Shown piece by piece: positions 1 through 12,700 of a stretch of 64,000 nt of DNA. The stretch is from NCBI GenBank assembly GCA_051294905.1, contig CM119372.1:29886001-29950000 (forward strand), written 5' to 3'. The stretch's first letter is position 1, and every line of letters starts with the position of its first letter. Both the position numbers and the translations under genes were made by a program. Source of the DNA: Botryllus schlosseri (taxonomy: Eukaryota). The notes under the pieces were generated by a model that was not told the origin of the DNA, ran no database searches, and saw nothing but the letters and a program-made list of their open reading frames with translations.

Positions 1-1329
1 TTAAGCAAGGGCTGTAAACAGGGGCCTTCTTTTAAACATGTTCGCTTTAAATTGATTTTTGTTTTAAAAGCAACCCTAATTTATAGTAATAGGCATTTAG
101 GTTACAGCCAATACCGTGCCACGACACACCAAAAGACATATGCAGTTTCGACCAACACGCTACTTCACGAAGTGTGCTACTAAAGAAAGACCTTGGCCGA
201 AACTTAGGGTATGTGCCCATTGTCAATAGCCGCGCTGGGTGGGCGTGACTATAGTCTGGTCCTTCCAATCTGATCCCACAATGCAAATGCCACTCCCGGA
301 CACCCATAGAGCATTAAAGACATGACAATATGTGTGTGCGTCTCACGAAAGTTTTTTTCTTTTAGTCTGCTACGTTTGGGATACAACAATATCTTTTGAT
401 TATATTACAGACCAGAGGCCATGAATTAACAACATACACTAAAGTAATTATATAACAAGATACCAGACGTAGATCTGACCATCGTGGGCAGAGAGAGGAT
501 TAAAGATTAATAATAATATAATAATGCAATTACCAATGTTATTGACGACATTCAGTCTTCAAGTTGAAAATATCACACTATGGGGGCCAAAGACCAACGT
601 TTAGACTAGGGACGAATTGCTGTTTTGGTTCTGATTCTAGCTATATTCCACGCTAACATGATATATAAGCCCATGGCTTTGACGGCAGTAGAGTCATATG
701 AGAATAAGATTAAGACAATATAAAACTCTGCCTTCAACTGAATACTGATAATGTACTGCAAGCTGCCGTTACGAAAAACGGCAAAAACGGCTCGGTTATG
801 ATATATATCAGCAGCTGTTGATATTTAATGCTTCGTTATATTTGACGAGTACAAAATTTCAACTCTTTGTCCGGTGTACGTACGTAGCCTACTACATAGG
901 CCTACTGCTCGGTTAATCAGCAACGGTCAAACTGCGTTTAACTAAGCATAACCAAACATCAATGCACAAGTTACTATTTTAAACTAGGCAAAGTGGTGAT
1001 TAGTTATCCTGCTGCGAGGTACTATGGCGTGTGGAACGTGTTGATAAGCTGATAAACAGCACGGTGGGTGTTCTTACTATCACACTAATGTACGTACATT
1101 CAATATCTATTTACTGTGGATACTTCTTACGCAATGACTAGCAAAGCCAATAGGCTACTTCTGACGTAATAATGAGCAATGGCATTTGAAAATCAGACGC
1201 TTATGCTATCACGTAACTGGTATAACATCTCTTCCTTGTTCTCGAATATTCATTTCATTTCATAGTCCTTGTACAAATAAAAAGTAATCGTACTTTCACA
1301 AAGAAATCGATTAGATATGGGAAGTAGCC

Positions 1330-1455
1330 TAGTCGATTACGATTACGATTACTTCGGAATTTTTTCGAATGTAATCGATTGCGATTACGATTACTTGAAA
1401 ATGCTGTAATCGTCGTAATCGATTACGATTACTAATCGCGAATACCCCATGTCTG
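1330..1455. repeat. GATTAC/GTAATC-rich repeat, probably one end of a hAT-like MITE
   Basis: Many GATTAC and reverse GTAATC hexamers ending in ...ACCCCATGTCTG (CAG terminus on minus strand); no partner TIR found. Confidence 0.4.
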
Positions 1456-1921
1456 GTAATAGCATGACCAGCTAGGTCACTGTTTGAATTCTGTATGGGC
1501 AGTTCAGCCAATAACTACCTTAGTACTCAATCCTTGCTTAAAATTGTCGTGAAGGTTGGAGGTAGGACTAGAAGGAAAGGTATAAATAACGACAACACGG
1601 TTTTGTCCAGCATAGTTCAGTATAATAATTCTATTTTTCTGGTGCCAAATGTCCACAATACAGTTCAAATTGCTAATTCCGTGGTCGAGTTCATTATAGC
1701 TTCGTGCGTGCGAGAGGCGAGATGTTTTTTCTAGGTTTACCTTTGGCTTTGGATTTAAAAGGTTATCTAATAGTCTATCCTTCTGGGGTAGAAAGTAACA
1801 GATATATTTAAATCAAACAATATAATTTCACATATGTTCCTGCTACTTTTATCATCGTTCATAACAAAGAATGGTCAATTTGATGTGCTTTGTATCTTAG
1901 AATTACTTGTGAACTGATACA

Positions 1922-3572
1922 ATGTTCCGTAGCCTACAACGCTGCTTTCCTACCAATGATTCCCTGAAAGAAAGATGGATAGAGTGTATTAGAAAAAAAT
2001 ACTGGGTACCAGCAAGATCGTCGGTCATCTGCTCTGATCATTTTTCAGAAAGTGATCTTTACCGTGTTGGCGGGAGAACTCGTTTAAGGATGAATGCGGT
2101 GACGACAAGATTTCTGAATTTTTCAAAAGATATGAGGCCAAAGGTACGGTAGACACTAGACAGTGACTATATCTTTATAAAGTTTGAGTTCCAATTACTA
2201 TACCTTTATTTTAGCCCTACTTGACGTAAAATTCACAAATTTTAGGCTTCGAACAACCGACGAGTGAGACCTGCAGCAGCAACAGCAACGCCGTAGGGTG
2301 GCAGAAATTGAAAAGAGGTGGCATGCAGCCAGAATGAGAACATACTGTCTGAAAAAAAGTGAAAACTCTGGATGAGGTCATTGCATCTCTTAAGAAGAAC
2401 AATTTGATAAGCGATTCGTGTGTAGAGGTAATGTCACAAAAATTCAGTGGTCTACCAAGTGAGCTCTTGCAACGTATGAAGCTACAAGCTGGTGGAAGAG
2501 GAGTCAGATGCTCTAAGGAACTGCAATCATTTGCAATGATGCTTCAATATTATTCCGCTAAGGCATACCATTGTGTGCGTCGGAATTTTTAACTTGCTCT
2601 TCCCTATCCAAGTGTGATAAGACGCTGGTATGGAAAACTTCCCGCTGAGCCTAGCTTTACTAGTATTGCCTTTTCTGCTATCAGAAGAAAAGTAGAGGCA
2701 TCAGCAAATCCTGTAATATGCTCCATAATGATGGATGAAATGTCGATCCGCAAACAGTTTTTTTGGGATGGAAAACGATACCGAGGATATGTAGACATGG
2801 GTACTGACTATGAGGATGATGATTCTTTGCCTCTTGCTAAAGATGCATTAGTTTTTATGGCTGTTTGTATCAATTCATCCTGGAAGATCCCGCTTGGATA
2901 CTTTTTCATTAATGGACTAACAGGATCGGAACGAGTAAATTTGGTCAGAATTTGCATTAACAAGCTTAATGAAGTGGGTGCAACTGTTGCTTCATTGACA
3001 TGTGACGGACCTTCTTGTCACTTCGCAATGCTTTCTGCATTAGGAGCAAATATATCCTCCAGGAACATTGTATCTAGTTTTACTAATCCGTATTTACCCG
3101 ATCATCAAATCCAAGTAATTCTAGATCCTTGTCACATGCTCAAACTAATCAGAAACTGCCTAGCAGAATGGGGTAGGCTACTTTGCAAGATGGTAGTGGG
3201 CACCAAATTTCTTGGAATTTCATCATTTTACTGCAAGAACTCCAGGCATCAGAAAGCATGAGACTTGGCAATAAGCTGAAGAAGTGTCATGTGGAATGGA
3301 AGCAGCAAAAAATGAAAGTTAACTTGGCTGCTCAAACCATCAGCAGCAGTGTTGCTGATGCAATCGAATATTGTGACAAGAACCTCAAAATGAGATGCTT
3401 TTGGGGTAGTGCTGCTAATGCTAAGTTTTTGCGTAGTTTTGATCGCCTTTTGACATACTCAATTCGAGAAACCCGTATGCAAAAGGGCATAAGTCTAGCC
3501 GTAGCACGGAGTAAATGTGACAGTTCCATATCGGAAACAAAAGAAATCAATTACACTGGAACTCAAATCTGA
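1922..3572 (+). pseudogene. THAP9: P-element / THAP9-like DNA transposase, decayed and 3'-truncated
   Basis: THAP domain part (FP...W...ICSDHF, 1922-2143), probable GT..AG intron 2144-2245, transposase motifs DEMSIRK, LTCDG, DPCHMLKLIRN, KMKVNLAAQTIS; in-frame stop at 2590, frameshift near 3180; C-terminal catalytic Glu region not seen. Confidence 0.9.
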
Positions 3573-6500
3573 AACGGTAAGATTATAATACCTCGTTCGC
3601 AGATATTTAGCCCTAACTTATCCCACTTTTTATTTTCAGATCACCCTCAATTACATCGAGGGCGACGTGAAGTCAATTACCATTAATTTATTAATTCTGT
3701 CTTCATTTTTTCATGTTCTTTTAATATCATTCAATTATTCAAGACCTTGTGTTTCTCACAACTAAAGCCGTTGTTTCTGAAAAGGAAAGTTCAGTATTTT
3801 GGTACGAGGCAGTACAGCGCGTTATTTCGTGTGATCACAGAAATGGTGATCTAAAGCCAGGTTTGAGTGCTTCATCTAGTAGGGTAGGCAAGTATCGTGG
3901 TCAGAAAAACTGCGTGTGAAATGTTCACATGTCCAGTTAGTTTCGAATGTAATCTAATTTCTGGTTTCATGAGAGTGCAAAACAAGCCAAGCTTCATGTA
4001 CACGCGTATATGGGTAGCTATAGGTGTAATTATGATCAAATACATGTTGGCCATCTAGATTGTATCTTGTGCCGTATTGATCCGATAAAATTAATATTTA
4101 TTATAAAATCCTACAATGCACAGATTGCTGTAATCAACATAGCCTCAAATTTCAGTGTGAATTAGGCAATTCTAGCTACATCTGAATAAGGACCCATGCA
4201 TTTCTTGTTTTTCTCATTCAATGAACTCATTCGGTCACTTCTGCAGAAATCACTACACCATTGCTTGCTACACATAGCAGACGTATCTTTACTTTCTCTT
4301 TTTTGGATTTATATCTTTACTTTCTCTTTTTTGGATTTATTTATACACGCTGAAACAACCCAGCAAACACAGTACAGACCAAAGATGTAGAAAAGCTGAG
4401 TCGATATAGTAGATATTGGATCTCGGCAGGTAGTAGAAAGGGGGATTTTGTGTCGACTCAATTCAACGTCTTTTCCATGTACATCAATAATGTACATATT
4501 ATGCAGATGCTACAGCCTTTAAACATGGTGAGTAGAATGTAGATCCTACATTAGAAGAAGATCCTGACATAATAACCTGTTTTCTACCACTGGGCATAAC
4601 CTGATCACGGCTGCGTCCACACACACACACCACATTATCTACTACATATTAATCACATTTGCGGTAATTTAATTCAAAACGAATTGGCAAGTAAATAATG
4701 GCGGCGTAAAAAATGAAACGAACGAAATTACCTGTAGTGCAAAGTAGTGCCAATGAATGAAACCATGAGAACAGTCAGTAATCAGAAGGTTTCATCGTCT
4801 GATGATGATAATCCCTCTGGCGTTTTCTTTTCAACAACCTGCAGAAATAAAATGAAAATGACGATTATTAGCTAAGACATTCGTACTGCGAAAATGGCAG
4901 AGGTAGCGAGTAACGAATGACTCCAACATTTTTTTCACCGATACTTACTAAAATGGATTTGATTCTGGACTATTTCCACTCAAGTTTTCAAGTTTTTATT
5001 ATTATATTTTTTAATATTATATGACTAGAGAACTGACTTCAATCGCCACTTCTACTTGATTATCAAGATCAACGCTGACTACTTCAGCAATCTTTGAAAA
5101 CAGCCACTAACACAAAATGAATTCTTGACTAAAATTTCGTCACATTCTGTCAAAAATGATCAATTCAACAATCCAAACGAATCAGTTATTTGGCAGCTAG
5201 TTGGAGAGATATATACTAAGTCTAGAAAGTGGAATGATACTCTGCCTGGAAAGCTGAAGACCTAACAATATTGTGTACAGAGAACAAAACATTTGAGTGG
5301 TGGCACTGGTATAGACATTAACAAATTATTAGAATTGACAGCAAGATAACCAGCAAGACATTAAAATGAGAATTAGTGCAGTTCCTTAGGCTGTAGTGAT
5401 ACTCAGCCAGTAATTGACCTAGCAGAGAGCAAAATGTTGTAAATAAAGCGAGCGAAACCTCCGACAAATGATACGATAAAACATTAGAATCGACAGTCTT
5501 ACTAGAAGCAGAATAACAATCATGAGGGGTTGGAGAACAGAAGCCCGGGAAGTGACCATCAGAAATTACTGCATACTGGCCGAACAAATCCATGACCACT
5601 AACAAATGGTCTTTTAATAGTCAATATTGATACCAAATGACACCACCCCTATTTCACCGCAACATTTAGCAAATACAGCGCTGGAGTCAACCTTATATAA
5701 GCGCTAGCCAAACACCCATTAGTTTTTCCACCTACTACTTCGCGCTTCGCGGATGGAAATACGCATTAAAGCGAACGGACGCGACTTGTCACACTCCTGC
5801 TATTTCTGCTCCTTTTTTCTCTTCATTTCTCTCCTCTGTCGCTTCCGCTTGAGGAGAGAGACAGTCGGCCGCGTTTACGGATCGTGAATTCCCGGCTTAA
5901 TGGTGATTCTTCCTCCAATGGTCAGCACCTTGAAAATTGAGAACAATGTTGTTGCAAAATGCATGACAATTTGAAAGTTACATCATTCTAATTATTCCAG
6001 TTATGGCCGTGAATCGTTACAAGTGCGGTAACCATAAGAATTATTACTATACTTCAACTACAAATACAATATATTGTATAAAATAATTACCAATTCTTTT
6101 ACGTTGATCGAGTCCCAAATAGCTGAAATATGTCAAAGAATTTGCTAAAATTTTTTGTATAATTTGACAGATTCCAAAATTTCTCAAAGTGCACCTTTCA
6201 AAAATTTGATATCAAGACTCCCAACATTTTACAATTCGAAGTTGGATGGCTTAACCAATACAAGCGAACAGTTTGTATCGCAATTGACAATTATGTAGAG
6301 AACGCTGCGAGACATGTGAGTAGGCCTACCCTAAAACGTTTCTCTGACATGGACATTAGGGATCTTAAAAATGACTTTTTTTCTCAAATCGTTCTGGCTA
6401 CTTGATAAAATTGTTAGGTTACCTAATTCAAGCCTACACACCAAATTTGGTTCAATTCCAAACAGTAGCCGCATTGCTACAGGAAAAGAAAGTTTCTATT

Positions 6501-7006
6501 TATTATTTTAAAAATAAATAGAAAAAATTGAAAAATTTTCTGTTCACCCCATGAAAGTGTTAGGTTATGTATAGAAACGATGTTCATCAAATTTGGTTCG
6601 ATTCAAACAAGTGGAAGCGGAGTTATTGCCATCGAAAAATTTGGATTTGAATAAAATAGTATTTACAGTGGGCACCACTATAATAAATAATTAAAGAATT
6701 GTGTCACGCTGTCATACTGTTTTACGCAACTGTTATTATACACTGCATTGTTGCTGTGTTCTGGCTCCATTGATGTTATTTCTAAATTCGACATTAATAC
6801 GTCATAATTCTCAATCTGGTTTTGAATTAAACTGTGTTTTGCTTCCTTTATCGTGCCGGTAGCTCTTTAATTGGCACGCGAAAAGTTCTTCGGGTTTCAA
6901 TAACGTTCATCATGAAGGTACTTTTGAAAGCAGTATTAAAATTTTGTACCACCAACCAGTTATTTAATTACTATTTATCTTTAAAGTAAATGTTCATTGC
7001 ATGAAG

Positions 7007-7482
7007 CAGGGTTGTAAGACTCGAGTCACGATTTTCTGTTGACTCGACTTGACTCGGGTCATCTTCTCAAAGTACGGAAATGACTCGACTCATTGCGCAT
7101 GACTTGAGACTCAGACGGCCAAGACCGACATTTCACGGTTATTTCAAAGAATAGTACAGCAAATCGCTATTGGGATTTCGTCTATCGATACTGGTAAAAC
7201 TGCTAAAAGTAAGGAAAATTCGTATATTATAAATGCGACCCACTCGATATCACAAAAAAAATATAAAAAGTTGGTTTAACAAGACTTAAATTGGAAACTG
7301 AGCAGATAAGACAATGACTTTGACTCTGGCTCGAGTCATAACACCATAACTCGGACTTGGACCTCTGCTCGCTGACTTGGACTCGGACTTGACCCGGTGG
7401 TGAATTGAAAATGACTCCAGTCAAAACTATAAAAGTGAGATTGACTTGCGAATCGGAGCCTTGTGACTTGGTTACAACCCTG
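7007..7482. mobile_element. hAT-type MITE
   Basis: TIRs CAGGGTTGTAA ... TTACAACCCTG; 8-bp flanking duplication GCATGAAG (6999-7006) / GCATGACG (7483-7490); internal GACTC/GACTT subterminal repeats. Confidence 0.85.
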
Positions 7483-8199
7483 GCATGACGCCTCAATAAT
7501 TACATGAGTGGGGTGACTAGACAAAGAACACAGTCACATTTGCAGCATATCATGAATGTCTCTTACTATATGTGATCTTGTTCAAATGGAGGTTGATGAA
7601 AGCGTATTTCCCATTCTTTCCGACTCTGCTATAACTACACCAGACTGGGAACCTTCTTCAGGATGCTTCTTGCTGAATGACCAATATTGTCGCCGTCAAC
7701 GGTACGAGTGCAAATGTCTGATACGTCAATATAGGAACAGAATTAGTTGACTGTTCATGACCGTCCACGTTCAGAGTTGCATCTCAAAGATGCTAAAATA
7801 AGCCTAAATATAATCCAAGCAATACGATCGTCCACTTTGACTGACTGAATTTCTAAAAATAATAAACATAACACCTTGATAGCTTCCACATCTTACGTTT
7901 ATATATACCGTCTGCTATCGGCACAACAAAGTATTTAAAAATAACAAAACAGATTCAACATATCACATATCTTGCAAAGGCTTTTGCTTTCATTCAATAT
8001 GTCATCAAACTTCTTTAAATCCTCCTTTGTGGTGAGTGGCTTTGGAATTATTCTAGGATCAATTCCGATATCGTTTTATGATATACAATCTATGGCGGGA
8101 TAAAAGTTTTGGATAAGTTCTGAAACAAACACAATTTTCCACACAAAAGTCAATTGCCACACGAAATGTTAAATACTACGGTCCCATTTTACAAGGTAT

Positions 8200-8370
8200 G
8201 GCGAGGTAACGTAGTGGTACGTTCCATTATAGCTAAACACCAATGAATTGCGGGCTCGAGCCTGACACGTCGACTCCATAATTCCTACCGAAGTGTTGGC
8301 TCCTCCTCGCCATCTGATCCGCATAGCCATGTCTTAAAAAGCCTAGGAGTGGGCCGTGCTATAAGTGGGC
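8200..8370 (+). mobile_element. possible tRNA-derived SINE remnant
   Basis: GGCGAGGTAACGTAGTGG (A-box-like) and GGGCTCGAGCC (B-box-like, ~8252); no full cloverleaf. Confidence 0.25.
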
Positions 8371-8374
8371 AGAT

Positions 8375-9225
8375 GGTTGCCGATGAACTCGGCACTTGGT
8401 GAATTCGGCCCACGGGAAATTTTGTAATGAAGTGTATTAACAGCTATTAATATGAATTATTAAACTAATAATAGTATTATCAAGTGATTCGTCAATCTTG
8501 TAAGGAGGTCAGGGCATCCGTAGATCATGCAGTCACGGCGTGATCAGATCACGGATTGCATAGCCGCGGGAAATAACGCAGCGCTCATATACCGACCACG
8601 CGCGGTCTGCTTGGAATCGATGGCGTGAGTGACGGGCCTGTGTCGTGTAAGTTTTGAGAAGATGGATCTTGGCGTTGTATGTGAGATCGAAACCGTGGAA
8701 GATCAAGCGGCGCTTCTTCGTTTATCGATCACGACAAGCCAGTGTTCCTCATCAACAAATGTTTCGCATGATCACGTCAAAATAAATTATTTTCTGCCTT
8801 TGGAGAGACGATTCCACTCTGGGGTTAGGGTGTCTCGATAACAGGGTTGAAGGATCCCAAGATTACCAGATCTACCGCGAGCCACGACACGTTTAAATTT
8901 CCTTTTTGATACTGTTCATTCATATTAAATGCATTTCTAATGCGAAGGTGTTCTAGTGACAATTCCTCCAAGGGCCGAGTTCACCAAGTGAAGAGCGTCG
9001 CGTTATTTCCCGCGATTACACAATCTGTGATCTAATCACGCATTGACTGTGTGATCTACGCATGCCCTGACCCCCGTACAACATTGACAACCACTCAAAG
9101 TGCCAAGTTCACCGGCAAACATTCCAGTAACCAGTCATGGTGACCGGTACCGCTATTCCGGCCAAATTCACCAAGTGCCGAGTTTGTGCGGTCGAATTCA
9201 CTAAGTGCCGAGTTCACTGGTAATC
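8375..9225. mobile_element. degenerate inverted-repeat (MITE/foldback-like) composite
   Basis: GAACTCGGCACTTGGTGAATT at left versus several AATTCACCAAGTGCCGAGTT copies at right; inner ~96-bp inverted pair 8491-8586 / 8993-9088 with scattered mismatches. Confidence 0.5.
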
Positions 9226-10773
9226 GGGCAGATACGGAATGATAATAAGAACCGGCCTGGTGTAAAATGACCAGTGTAGTCGAACCACCACCATGAACAC
9301 CACAAACAAACAAACAAACATCTAACATGGAAAAGAAATTACCTTTACAGCCTTCGACAAACACAGTTACCATTGAAACCAGCAATCTAGGTCTTATTCG
9401 AAAGCAGAATAACAACTGTTTTAGCGGACATATCAAATCAAATGTTGGAAACTTCATGTAAATTAGCCCAAAATATTATCTTACTATGACCATATTCTAT
9501 CAATACGGTCTGGCTAGCCAAATTCTCTGGGCCAACATAAATACAAGCTGCGTTTGGTTACAACGATTAATAATCTTGTCACTGGATTCGAGGTATAATT
9601 GCACTCAAATATCAAATTTTGCTCCATTAATCAACATCAAGTTGAAAATGTCCATTCTTGCACCAACTTTTATAAAATCACGAATCAGTGTTCTACAGGT
9701 ATGTATCTATATTGACTTATATACCTAGAAAATTCAAGCATAAATATTACCGTATGATATGCCGTAGGTATATAGGTACCGGTAATTCAGATGTTTGAAG
9801 CGACTTGGACAACTAGATAATTATAGTGGTCTAATTTCACTAAATTAGAGCGAAATGCCAGCAATATAATTGTAATCTAATTCGGAAAAAAAGGTTTAGC
9901 TCTAATTCTAACCTGGAAAAGCTGAAACTTTTCTATAGTTGTCTACACCTGTTTTGCAGAAAGTCAAACAGCTCTAGGCGTCATATACTACAGGCAATTC
10001 GAAATACCCCATAAGCTATATGCTACTGCGTATATACCTTTAACCCGCTACCTCAGTCAGTCACCATTCCTATATATTTACGGCATTTACCATACAGAAA
10101 GAGCGAACTATGCCTGGGTGCGACCTGTTGCGCGTCAAATCTTTGTCCGGCGCGATGACGTAAAATTTGAATCGCCGAAATATTCTAGAAGTCACGCATC
10201 GATAATCATATTCCTGAACGTACAACATCTCACTTATTTAGTTATTCTCTGAATGAAACTGAATGAAACTATTAGCCATACTTGTTGAACAAGCGAGATT
10301 ACCGAAAGAGCGAATATATATATATAATGAAGATCATATATATCAGAAGAAAACAAAACTGTTCGACCTTAGAGCAACAACACGAATATACAACATCGGT
10401 GACATCCTCACGCAATAAAACGAAGGGAGAACATTGTTTTCTAATGGATAGAACGAAGCTACCGCATGAGATCGAACAAAACCGGATAGGAATTCATCGT
10501 GATTGAATGTACCGACAAAGTCATCCTTTCTACGTATTTTAGTCATACCCGCGAGAGATAGAAAATTTGCATTATTAGGTTAACTACCGGATATAACGAA
10601 GCCTAATGCATGAGATGGGACAACACTGAGTATGAATTTATTCTGATTGAATATAACCACAAGACCATCCTACTACGTATTTTAGACATTCCCTCGACAC
10701 TTAGAAAATCAGAACCTAATCGAGATGATCCCGGATGATCCTTTTACGGTTTTGTGTTTGCTGGGAATGAATA

Positions 10774-11776
10774 GGGGAGATGTGGTACCAATGTATCACT
10801 GGGGCCGAAAATACTTTGAAAATTCTCTATGATAATTCCATGATTACACTCCGTGAACTTGTCTGCAATTGCATGCTGGCAACATCTTTCCTCACATACA
10901 AAAAAATTCGACGTGCGCGAACTATGGGGTCTCTCACAGATGTTTTTTGTTTTGGGGGTGTAAAGTAAATTTATATCAACATAAACATTTTTCTTTGTAA
11001 CCTTCCACACGAACAAACCAGCAATAATTTTTATTGTGAAGTCGAGAGTTTGTATCAGGCTATGAAATGGAACCTATTATTTTTTCCGTACTTTCCTTGA
11101 GTGGATTTTTTTTCGATTCATATACGAAATTGGTAGGGTGGGGACCGATGATACAATAGCCAAATCAAACAAAATAATCAAGCATACTAATCATGAAACA
11201 AATGAAACATGACTACGTACAGAAAATCTTTATGTAATAATTGCATATGATGTTTTATCGCTATAACGAGGTATTTGGAAGTCACACCGTCGATTTTCGG
11301 ACAATATGTATGTACCCTCAAATTTATAAGTCCGAGCCTAAATCGAAACGTGATTTTATGACAACATTTGAGTTAATATTTAATCTATTTTTTGACGGTT
11401 GCGGCTGAAAATTCTTCTTCGGCTTGCTGTAGCTCAGATTATAACACTGAGCAAGAAAAGTTGTCACATCTGAGTTTTTTAGGGTATATGTGTCATAGGT
11501 CCCCGGATCGTGTGCCATTGGACCCACCGGGTGGGGACCTATGGCACGGGTCGTGTGCCATTGGACCCACCGGGTGGGGACCTATGACACGTTCGAGCAA
11601 CAAATTTTAAACGTCCATAAATATTTTTCGAAAAGACGGATATTCATGTATATGTGCGCAATAGGTAGAGCTTGTATCAAAGTGCTGAGCCAGCAAAAGA
11701 TCTGCTGTTTTCGGCGGAACATTTTGGGGCCAGCGATCATTTTCCAATTTTTGATCCATTGATACCACATCTCCCC
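10774..11776. mobile_element. TA-flanked non-autonomous DNA transposon (Tc1/mariner-pogo type)
   Basis: TA|GGGGAGATGTGGTACCAATGTATCA ... TGATCCATTGATACCACATCTCCCC|TA (25-bp TIR, 2 mismatches); internal ~43-bp tandem duplication at ~11505-11590. Confidence 0.75.
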
Positions 11777-12202
11777 TACGTAGAATAACCACAATATGGC
11801 ATTCAATTGATTTCAGCAGTGCCTTTTGATATGTCCCATGATGCTGAATTTTCTATATCAGCAATATTCACAGCCACCACGTAACAGGCAGTTACAGCAT
11901 TCACATCAGCTCCATTGCAGTATGAAGATTTTGGAACTAGTGAAGTATATGCCCGCTTACCCGTGTGTATGCTTGACGTCATTCATCACGATTCCCCATG
12001 ATCATTTAATTCAATTTCCTTATTCTATCACTTAATCTCTTTTTTCTTCTTGTTCTCTCGTTTTTCTCGCACGAGTCAAAAAATGCTGACTCAGCATTTT
12101 TTCTCGTTACGAGGTTTCAGTTTTGTCCGTTTGCTCTTATTATATGAATTTGGCCCGTTTGCCCATACTATTTCGCATATTTACACTCTGCCAAAAACAG
12201 CT

Positions 12203-12700
12203 TTACATCTTTTGTATGACTGTGGGTGGTATAGGGCCTTCGCACAATACCACTTCTTGCACGTTAGATTGCAACAATACAAGCCCCTTATTCCTTATAT
12301 CTGCTGCTTTCATGTAAATTACCACATTTCGTTTTTTGCTTTTCTTCGTTAACGTTTTGCTCAAATGAATGAATCTTCTGTTCATCCGTTCAATGCCTGC
12401 GGACATTATCTGTCTGGCATTGTTTTCGGTCGTCATGTGGTACAACACCTCGTTACCTTCATATTTACAGTACGGAGGGGGCGTCCCTTTTGTATGTCCA
12501 TGGGCGGCCGCCAGACCATATTCCGAGGTTATTGCTCTGTCGCACCTTTGCATGACGCTCTGTATTTCGTCCCTTTCCATTTGTTCCCCAGTTTTCTTTT
12601 TGAAGAGACCGCAAATATCTTCCCAGGGATGAAACCCGTCCACCGAGTTGTCACAAAGTTCATGGCGGCAATGAGACATCAGCATCTGCTGTATTTTTTC
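12203..12700 (-). CDS. TRPT1: Tpt1/KptA (NAD+-dependent RNA 2'-phosphotransferase) homologous domain fused in frame to RNase H
   Basis: Co-linear motifs LMSHCRH (LSxxLRH), DGFHP, EIQSVMQRCDR (KxR), AAHGH (AxQGHS), LYHMT (LYHGT), GIERMNRRFIHLS (GLxxMxRxHVHLS), VIY, QSN...VVLCEGPIPP; ~165 aa. Confidence 0.8.
   Translation of the reverse strand, partial: EKIQQMLMSHCRHELCDNSVDGFHPWEDICGLFKKKTGEQMERDEIQSVMQRCDRAITSEYGLAAAHGHTKGTPPPYCKYEGNEVLYHMTTENNARQIMSAGIERMNRRFIHLSKTLTKKSKKRNVVIYMKAADIRNKGLVLLQSNVQEVVLCEGPIPPTVIQKM

Noticed and set aside
47..307. 86-aa minus-strand ORF
   Set aside because: No recognisable motif or gene structure
12152..12210. DVKLFLAECK as a true integrase zinc-finger start
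   Set aside because: Needs two frameshifts, lacks the upstream His pair and no DDE core follows
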